Below, piece by piece: positions 57,781 to 64,000 of a DNA stretch of 64,000 bases (position 1 is its first letter; every line of letters starts with the position of its first letter). Position numbers and translations under genes: made by a program. The notes under the pieces are model-generated. The model did not search any database, was not told where the DNA came from, and worked only from the letters and a program-made list of their open reading frames with translations. Source of the DNA: Candidatus Micrarchaeota archaeon (GTDB taxonomy: Archaea; Micrarchaeota; Micrarchaeia; Anstonellales; Bilamarchaeaceae); the NCBI GenBank assembly GCA_964590665.1, contig CAZPWA010000001.1, positions 12,483-76,482 of the forward strand, read 5' to 3'.

Positions 57781-59895
57781 ATGCGTTTATTTGTTATTCT
57801 GGCACTTTTGTGTGCTCTGGGTCTTTCATTTTCAAGTGTGGTTAATTTCACTACTCCGACCAACGGAACCATTTTTTCAAATGCCACTTCGTATGTTTTT
57901 AATGCAACTGCAACTCAACTTGAAGCTTCTCCTATGAGTGTTTTGAATTGGTCTTGGAACGGAAGCTCCTATGTTTTTTATAATGGTTCTCTTCTTGCAA
58001 TGTATGATTTTGATAATGTAAGTTCTCTTGGCGAAAACGATTCATTGGTCGTTGATTCAAGTCTTAATTCTAATAATGTCAGTTGTTCAAATTGCTCCCT
58101 TTGGTCAAGTTCTGGTAAATATGGAGGCGCATTTACTTTTGATGGAGTTGATGACTACTTTAATGGAAGCCGCTCAACTTCTCTTGAAGTTCAAACTCTC
58201 TCCATTGAATCTTGGATATATATCGATTCTTCTCCTGGAATTCGCAGTGCCATTGCCACTTATGGTTATGGAACTACTGCCGGAGGTCCAATTGACGGTT
58301 CTGCAGAATCCTATTCTCTTTCCTATCAAAATGATATTAGTTCTTTTAGATTTAGGTTAAAAGATGCCGTTGGAGCCAATTTTATTGATCTATACTCTTC
58401 TTCAAGCACCCCTCTGGCCGAAATCCAGAATCAGTGGGTTCATGTTGTTGCAACATGGGATGGAACAAATGCAAAAATATACAAAAATGGCCAGCTTCAC
58501 TTATCAGCCACTAACGCGGGAACTATAAACTATTTTGCTGATCCCGAATCAAAATTACGAATTGGAAATTGGTTTGGTAATGATGAACGTTGGTTTAAAG
58601 GAAAAATTGACTCTGTAAGAATTTATGGCAGATCTTTCAACTCTTCTGAAGTTCTTGAACACTATTATTCGGATCTTTCTAAATTTAATACTACTTCTTG
58701 GATTTTCTATTCAAATCATTCCACCTCAAACGAGGGTCAAAATACCTATGGAATGTGCATGCTTGATTCATCAAATGATCTAAATTGTACTCTGACTAAA
58801 AATCTCACAATTGATCGAACTGCTCCATCTATTTCTTTGCTCTCTCCAACTGATGATCATGCTCTGACGCCTTCCTTCGCTTCTGCCTCATTTTTATTCA
58901 ATGCGACTGATGCATTATCTTCAAATCTGAGCTGCTCATTTATTTTTGGTGGATCTTCCATTTCTTCAAATTCCTCCGTTTTCAATTCTTCAATCACAAC
59001 TTTTTCACATACTGTTACTTCAAGCGCTTCCTGGTATATTTCCTGCTCTGATCTTGCTGGAAATAATGCAAACAGTTCGACTTATTCAATTCGCTTTTCT
59101 CCCCAGCCTAGTTCTTCTCAATCTAGTTCTTCCTCACGAATTCGATCTTCTATTGATTCTTCATGCAATCAAAATACTCTCACTACCAACCCTTCGGATG
59201 TAGATGTTGAGATTAGTGATGACTCAAATGGAGAAGTGATTTTTGAAGGTTCTACTGATTCCTCGGGTAAATTTACTTTTGAGGGTTGCGGAAAAACCAT
59301 TCGTTATTCTCTTTCAAAATCCGGCTATCGCTCTACGCATGGGGTTGAAAATCTTGATTCCTGCTCTTGTCTTAGTGAAAGCGTGGATGATTCTCAAACT
59401 TCATCAACTGAAAACTCCGTTGTTTCTTCCGATCTTATCTCTGATTCAACTCCTTCTTCAACTTCAGAAGTAGTTGCTTTGAATTCAACTCCTTCACCTT
59501 CTCTTGTTGCTCCTCTTAGTGCAAGTGTTGGTGATTCCGTAACTATCAGATCAGAATCTTGTCGTGGCTGCACTCTTGTTGTTGATGATCCTTCTGGAAT
59601 TGTTTTGAGAATTGAATTGGGTGATTCGCAGACAACCACTATTTCAATTGGAAAAGAAGGAAACTACCAATTCTCTCTTTTAAAAGACGGAGAAATTATT
59701 GCCCGCTCCTCTTTAGTTTCTTCTTCCATCCCATCTCTTGCAGTTCCCTCACTACAAAAAGAATCTAACTCAACTCCTCCTCAAAAAATACCAACAACTC
59801 CAAATTCCAATTCCTGGCTTTTGCCCTTTATTGTAGTTTTGATTGTTGTTGTCGGATCAGTTGTGTATCTTTTTGTACTCAAAAAGAAAAAATAA
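57781..59895 (+). CDS. Surface glycoprotein with LamG-like jellyroll and Ig-like domains, Ser-rich stalk and C-terminal anchor
   Basis: Signal peptide; GKYGGAFTFDGVDDY, WVHVVATWDG, FKGKIDSVRIY; C-terminal TM followed by KKKK. Confidence 0.85.
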   Translation: MRLFVILALLCALGLSFSSVVNFTTPTNGTIFSNATSYVFNATATQLEASPMSVLNWSWNGSSYVFYNGSLLAMYDFDNVSSLGENDSLVVDSSLNSNNVSCSNCSLWSSSGKYGGAFTFDGVDDYFNGSRSTSLEVQTLSIESWIYIDSSPGIRSAIATYGYGTTAGGPIDGSAESYSLSYQNDISSFRFRLKDAVGANFIDLYSSSSTPLAEIQNQWVHVVATWDGTNAKIYKNGQLHLSATNAGTINYFADPESKLRIGNWFGNDERWFKGKIDSVRIYGRSFNSSEVLEHYYSDLSKFNTTSWIFYSNHSTSNEGQNTYGMCMLDSSNDLNCTLTKNLTIDRTAPSISLLSPTDDHALTPSFASASFLFNATDALSSNLSCSFIFGGSSISSNSSVFNSSITTFSHTVTSSASWYISCSDLAGNNANSSTYSIRFSPQPSSSQSSSSSRIRSSIDSSCNQNTLTTNPSDVDVEISDDSNGEVIFEGSTDSSGKFTFEGCGKTIRYSLSKSGYRSTHGVENLDSCSCLSESVDDSQTSSTENSVVSSDLISDSTPSSTSEVVALNSTPSPSLVAPLSASVGDSVTIRSESCRGCTLVVDDPSGIVLRIELGDSQTTTISIGKEGNYQFSLLKDGEIIARSSLVSSSIPSLAVPSLQKESNSTPPQKIPTTPNSNSWLLPFIVVLIVVVGSVVYLFVLKKKK

Positions 59896-59976
59896 TTATT
59901 TTGGTAATTTTTGTTTTTTTGTGTTTTTTTATCATTTTTAAATAGCCTTTAAATATTTCCACAACATATTTTTTTT

Positions 59977-61251
59977 ATGATTGACATAAAACTAGTTAGG
60001 GAAAACATTGAAACTGTCGAACAATCTCTGGTTAATCGTAATTCCTCTCCTGAAGTTATGAATGTCTTATCTCACATAAAACAATTAGATAAAGAATGGA
60101 GATCCGTAAAAAAAGAGGAGGATCTTTTAAGGGCCGAAAGAAACAAGCTTAGTCTTGCAATTAATGAAAAAAAGAAAAAAGGCGAAAATGTAGATGGTGA
60201 AATAAAGCGATCCTCTGAAGTATCTTCTCGAATAAAACAAATTTCTGTTGAAACTTCTGATTTTGAAGCACAAATCAAGGGAGATTTAATGCTTATACCA
60301 AATCTTCCTGATTCTTCAGTTCCAATTGGAAAAGATGAAACTCAAAATCCTGAAGTTCGAAAAGTTGGAATTCCGAAGAAAAAATCATCTGATGTTTTGG
60401 ATCATCATACTTGGGGTGAAAAAACCGGTTTGATTGATTTTGAAAAAGGGGTAAAGCTTTCCGGGCACCGCTTTACTGTTACTTACGGTCAAGTTGCAAA
60501 GCTTGAAAGGGCTCTTATTAACTTTATGCTTGCAACACACACTAAAAACGGTTATCTGGAAGTTGCTCCTCCCTATTTGGTTAGCACCAAGACCATAACT
60601 GGAACCGGGCAATTGCCCAAATTCAAGGAAGATTTGTATTCAACTCAGGATGATTTATGGTTAATCCCAACTGCTGAAGTTCCTCTGACCAATCTTTTTG
60701 CAGATGAAATAATGGATGAAAAATCCCTTCCAAAAAAAGTTACTGCATATACTCCTTGCTTTAGGCGGGAAGCAGGTTCTTACGGAAAAGACATTCGCGG
60801 TTTGATTAGACAACACCAATTTGATAAAGTTGAATTGGTCAAATTTTCAACTCAAGAAAACAGCTTCAGTGAGCTTGAATCGTTGGTGGCTGATGCTGAA
60901 TCAATTTTGAAGCTTTTGGATCTACCTTATAGAGTAATTTCTCTTTGCACTGGAGATATGGGCTTTGCAAGCGCAAAAACCTATGATATTGAGGTCTGGC
61001 TACCTTCTCAAGATAAATACAGGGAAATTTCCTCCTGTTCAAATTGTACTGATTTCCAATCCCGCCGTGCAAATATTCGTTATCGTTCAAGTGAGGGAAG
61101 CATGAAATTCGTTCACACCTTAAATGGCAGCGGCCTTGCAGTTGGACGAACTCTTCTTGCAATTTTGGAAAACTACCAAGAAGATAAAAGTACGGTTGTA
61201 ATTCCAAAAGTTTTGCGGGATTTTATGGGAACTGATTCAATTAGAATTTGA
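59977..61251 (+). CDS. serS: Serine-tRNA ligase (bacterial/eukaryotic type)
   Basis: MIDIK..R, IPNLP, LIPTAEVPL, CFRREAGS, REISSCSNC, HTLNGSGLA. Confidence 0.97.
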   Translation: MIDIKLVRENIETVEQSLVNRNSSPEVMNVLSHIKQLDKEWRSVKKEEDLLRAERNKLSLAINEKKKKGENVDGEIKRSSEVSSRIKQISVETSDFEAQIKGDLMLIPNLPDSSVPIGKDETQNPEVRKVGIPKKKSSDVLDHHTWGEKTGLIDFEKGVKLSGHRFTVTYGQVAKLERALINFMLATHTKNGYLEVAPPYLVSTKTITGTGQLPKFKEDLYSTQDDLWLIPTAEVPLTNLFADEIMDEKSLPKKVTAYTPCFRREAGSYGKDIRGLIRQHQFDKVELVKFSTQENSFSELESLVADAESILKLLDLPYRVISLCTGDMGFASAKTYDIEVWLPSQDKYREISSCSNCTDFQSRRANIRYRSSEGSMKFVHTLNGSGLAVGRTLLAILENYQEDKSTVVIPKVLRDFMGTDSIRI

Positions 61252-61256
61252 TTTTC

Positions 61257-62009
61257 ATGAAAAAGGATCCTGATTCTTCATTAATTTTTTATTACAAAAG
61301 CCCCACTTCCGGAGCAACTTACTTTACTGATCCGGACGGAAACTTGTATTATGAAAAAGATTCTGAAAAATACAAACTCTCTATTTTTGATTCTCATCTT
61401 TACAAATTGCGTGTGTATGAAGGCATTCCTGTTCTTGAAATTGATGGTCTTCGAATGCAATTGCTTAAAGATTTCAAAAACCCTCTAGAATATGCTTCTT
61501 TAGTTGCCTCTTCTTTAACTATTCCGGCAAAAGGAAACTTTTCTGCACTAGACACTTGCATGGGTCTTGGCTATACTTCAACCGCTCTTTCCAAAAATCC
61601 CTCTATTTCCAAAATTACCACAATTGAACTTTCTGATGCAGTTTACAAGCTTGCTTCTTTTAATCCATACTCTGAAGAACTCTTCAAAAAAGGTTCAAAA
61701 ATTGAAATTTTGAGAGGAGATTCTTTTGAACTAATTAAAACTTTTCCTGACTCTTGCTTTGATTTTATTATTCACGATCCACCTAGATATTCCCACGCTC
61801 CTCTTCTCTATTCTAATGAATTTTATTCCCAACTATTTCGTGTTTCAAAACCAAATGCAACTCTATTTCACTATGTAGGTTCGATTGGCAAATTCAGCGG
61901 CCGTGACATTGTAAAAGAAGCACAAAATCGACTTATCTCGTGTGGTTTTGCTTCATTTGTTATTGATAAGAAACTACAAGGACTTATTTTCAAAAAACCT
62001 AGTTTATAA
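61257..62009 (+). CDS. Archaeal SAM-dependent methyltransferase
   Basis: EIDGLRM, LDTCMGLGYT, FDFIIHDPPR, FHYVG. Confidence 0.85.
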   Translation: MKKDPDSSLIFYYKSPTSGATYFTDPDGNLYYEKDSEKYKLSIFDSHLYKLRVYEGIPVLEIDGLRMQLLKDFKNPLEYASLVASSLTIPAKGNFSALDTCMGLGYTSTALSKNPSISKITTIELSDAVYKLASFNPYSEELFKKGSKIEILRGDSFELIKTFPDSCFDFIIHDPPRYSHAPLLYSNEFYSQLFRVSKPNATLFHYVGSIGKFSGRDIVKEAQNRLISCGFASFVIDKKLQGLIFKKPSL

Positions 62010-62032
62010 ATTTCCTCTTCTAAATTTTTCTA

Positions 62033-62947
62033 ATGTCAATTATTCGTGCTTTATCCATTTCAAAAATTTTTTTCCAAAAGGGAACCTCAATTACTGCTTT
62101 AGACGATTTATCTCTTGAAATTAATGAAGGTGAAATATTTGGCATTTTAGGTCCAAATGGTGCTGGAAAAACAACCCTCATAAGTATTCTTTCTGGTCTT
62201 TTATCTGCCGATTCAGGAAAAATCTTCATCAATGGTATTTCTATTTCTGATTCCCCTCAAACCATAAAAAATGCTATGAATGTGGTTTCTGGTTTTACTG
62301 GAATCCTATATAATCTCAATGTTCTTGAGGCTCTCACCTATTATTCTCTTCTTTATGGAAAAACTCCCAAGAATCAAGATCTTCAAAACCTTATTGATCT
62401 TGTTGGGCTAAATGGCTTTGAAAAATCCGACGCAGAAAGCCTCTCATCCGGAAACAAACAAAAATTCCTCATTGCCCGCAGCCTTCTAAATAATCCTAAA
62501 ATTCTTTTTTTAGATGAACCTACTGTTGGTCTGGATGTCGAATCATCACAAAATATTCGCCAACTAATTCAAAATCTTAAAAAATCAGGAAAAACCCTCA
62601 TTTTAACTACCCACAACATGGCGGAAGCCGAATTTCTTTGCGATAGGATTGCAATCATCAAGAGCGGCAAACTGGTTGCTTTGGATTCTCCTCAAAAACT
62701 TAGGGAAAAATTTGAAATGCCTCTTTCCTTTGAATTGGAATCTGTGGATGATTCATTATTTGATCAATTTAGACAAATTCCCAATTCTGTTTTTTCAAAT
62801 TCCGGCAAGCATCTTAAAATCCAAATCCCCAAATCTGCATTGCCTTACTTTTTGTCTCTTCTTTCCAAAAATCCTTCCAAAATCATTTCATTAAAATCAA
62901 TTGAAGATCCTTTTGATGATGTTTTTTTAAATATTTTAAAGCGGTGA
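62033..62947 (+). CDS. ABC-2 type exporter ATP-binding protein
   Basis: GPNGAGKTT, LSSG.KQ, FLDEPTVGLD, TTHNMAEAE. Confidence 0.92.
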   Translation: MSIIRALSISKIFFQKGTSITALDDLSLEINEGEIFGILGPNGAGKTTLISILSGLLSADSGKIFINGISISDSPQTIKNAMNVVSGFTGILYNLNVLEALTYYSLLYGKTPKNQDLQNLIDLVGLNGFEKSDAESLSSGNKQKFLIARSLLNNPKILFLDEPTVGLDVESSQNIRQLIQNLKKSGKTLILTTHNMAEAEFLCDRIAIIKSGKLVALDSPQKLREKFEMPLSFELESVDDSLFDQFRQIPNSVFSNSGKHLKIQIPKSALPYFLSLLSKNPSKIISLKSIEDPFDDVFLNILKR

Positions 62948-62951
62948 TAAA

Positions 62952-63734
62952 ATGCAATTTCTTCCTCTTTTAGTGCGAATTTTTTCCCAATTCTACAAAA
63001 ATCTTCATGGTATTTTTAGAAACCATTTTCGCCTTGCAGATGTTTTTCTTTGGCCATTAATCTACCTTTTTACCTTGAGTTTTTTCATTTCGTATGCCAA
63101 AATGGATTCCATCTATATCAATATAATTGTTTTAGGGATGATCGGCTGGAGGGCAATTTATTTTATGTCTGCTGAATTGGTTTCTTCATATATGGAAGAT
63201 TATTGGTCAAAATCACTTGCGCTCTTACACATATCTCCTATAAGTCGATTTGAATTTGCGCTAGGATCCTCCCTATCTGGTCTTTTCAAAACAATTATTG
63301 TAATAATTATTTATTTTCTTGTCTCTTCCAATCTTTACTCTTTTGGCATTGCTCGCTTTGACTTGTTTTTAATCGGGCTTTTCTTCCTCATTGTCTGTGG
63401 TTTTTCATTAGGATTATTGGTTTTGGGACTAACCTATGAAAATAGGGAATCTTCATTTAGTCTTTCATTTCTCATCCCCGATATTGTTGCCTTGATTTCA
63501 GGAGTTTATTTTTCTATTTCAGATGTTTTTCCTCCAGCTGTTTCATCTCTTCTTAACTATCTTCCAACTGTTCATGCATTTAATGCAATTAAATCTGCAT
63601 CGGGTCTTGATTTTGCATTCGATCTTCCGTATTTGTTCTTTTCATCAATTTTATTTGTGATTATTTGTGAGAGAATAAACTTGCTTTTCTATCTGCGTGC
63701 TAAAAAATCCGGTAAACTTGGTCGCTTTGGATAG
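62952..63734 (+). CDS. ABC-2 type exporter permease
   Basis: Six-TM pattern, SPIS..E, SGVYF..., follows the ATPase. Confidence 0.85.
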   Translation: MQFLPLLVRIFSQFYKNLHGIFRNHFRLADVFLWPLIYLFTLSFFISYAKMDSIYINIIVLGMIGWRAIYFMSAELVSSYMEDYWSKSLALLHISPISRFEFALGSSLSGLFKTIIVIIIYFLVSSNLYSFGIARFDLFLIGLFFLIVCGFSLGLLVLGLTYENRESSFSLSFLIPDIVALISGVYFSISDVFPPAVSSLLNYLPTVHAFNAIKSASGLDFAFDLPYLFFSSILFVIICERINLLFYLRAKKSGKLGRFG

Positions 63735-63773
63735 ATTTATATAGTTAAAATGTTTTTTCTATTCTGATATAAA

Positions 63774-63929
63774 ATGCCAAAAACTGTTGAAATTTGTGCT
63801 AATTGTGGTAAGCTTTCTAAGTCTCAATCTGATTCATTTCTTTGCTCTTCTTGTGGAAGTGAAATTGCAGTAGTTATTCCTTATCCTACGTTTTTATCTA
63901 TGGTAAAATCAGGTTATGCTCGTGAATAA
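63774..63929 (+). CDS. 51-aa zinc-ribbon microprotein (absent from ORF track)
   Basis: MPKTVEICANCGKLSKSQSDSFLCSSCGSE...; two CxxCG knuckles. Confidence 0.75.
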   Translation: MPKTVEICANCGKLSKSQSDSFLCSSCGSEIAVVIPYPTFLSMVKSGYARE

Positions 63930-63964
63930 CGAACCTTTATAAATCTCAGAGTATTTGTTTTTTT

Positions 63965-64000
63965 ATGGAAGGAAAAATAGTCCAAGATGAAATTTGGATT
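63965..64000 (+). CDS. 5' end of a gene cut by the window edge (MEGKIVQDEIWI...)
   Basis: TTTATAAA at 63936-63943, 21 nt before the ATG, matching the leaderless spacing seen elsewhere. Confidence 0.6.
   Translation, partial: MEGKIVQDEIWI

Noticed and set aside
63965..64000. N-terminus vaguely like tRNA-splicing endonuclease EndA
   Set aside because: Only 12 codons are visible.
1..64000. CRISPR arrays, rRNA, inteins, DGR/reverse transcriptase, toxin-antitoxin or other defence genes
   Set aside because: No spaced repeats, long GC-rich RNA genes or diagnostic motifs seen; NrdJ and the other host genes show no intein-sized insertions.

Overview
A 64-kb, AT-rich, gene-dense archaeal chromosome segment. 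The evidence is Alba, ABCE1, aeRF1, Dph5, eS4/eL32/eL19, AglH, an intron-containing tRNA and TATA-box promoters with leaderless starts. Gene content and compactness suggest a DPANN lineage such as Micrarchaeota (inference). Most of the window is housekeeping: an HMG-CoA reductase/glycosylation cluster; a LipA + E1a/E1b/E2/E3 2-oxoacid dehydrogenase + Tdh/Kbl + split LplA island; beta-CA-purE-purK-aeRF1; glmS; fba-glpX; class II RNR; gltX; the uS17-to-uL15/secY/adk operon; serS; and two ABC systems. I saw no CRISPR array, rRNA, transposase, integrase or recognisable defence system. The most unusual elements are: (i) a two-domain beta-carbonic-anhydrase-like gene with complementary degenerate halves and an in-frame TAA at codon 10; (ii) several divergent Arg-rich enzyme paralogues/orphans with basic N-termini (expanded IlvE, minimal dikinase); (iii) a small ORF/palindrome/HTH module and structured leader in front of the ribosomal operon; (iv) a tRNA-Pro(CGG) intron with a hairpin that competes with its splice motif. 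All calls come from motif recognition by eye; no searches were run. Start codons were adjusted from the ORF track where a TATA box or SD sequence supported a downstream ATG.
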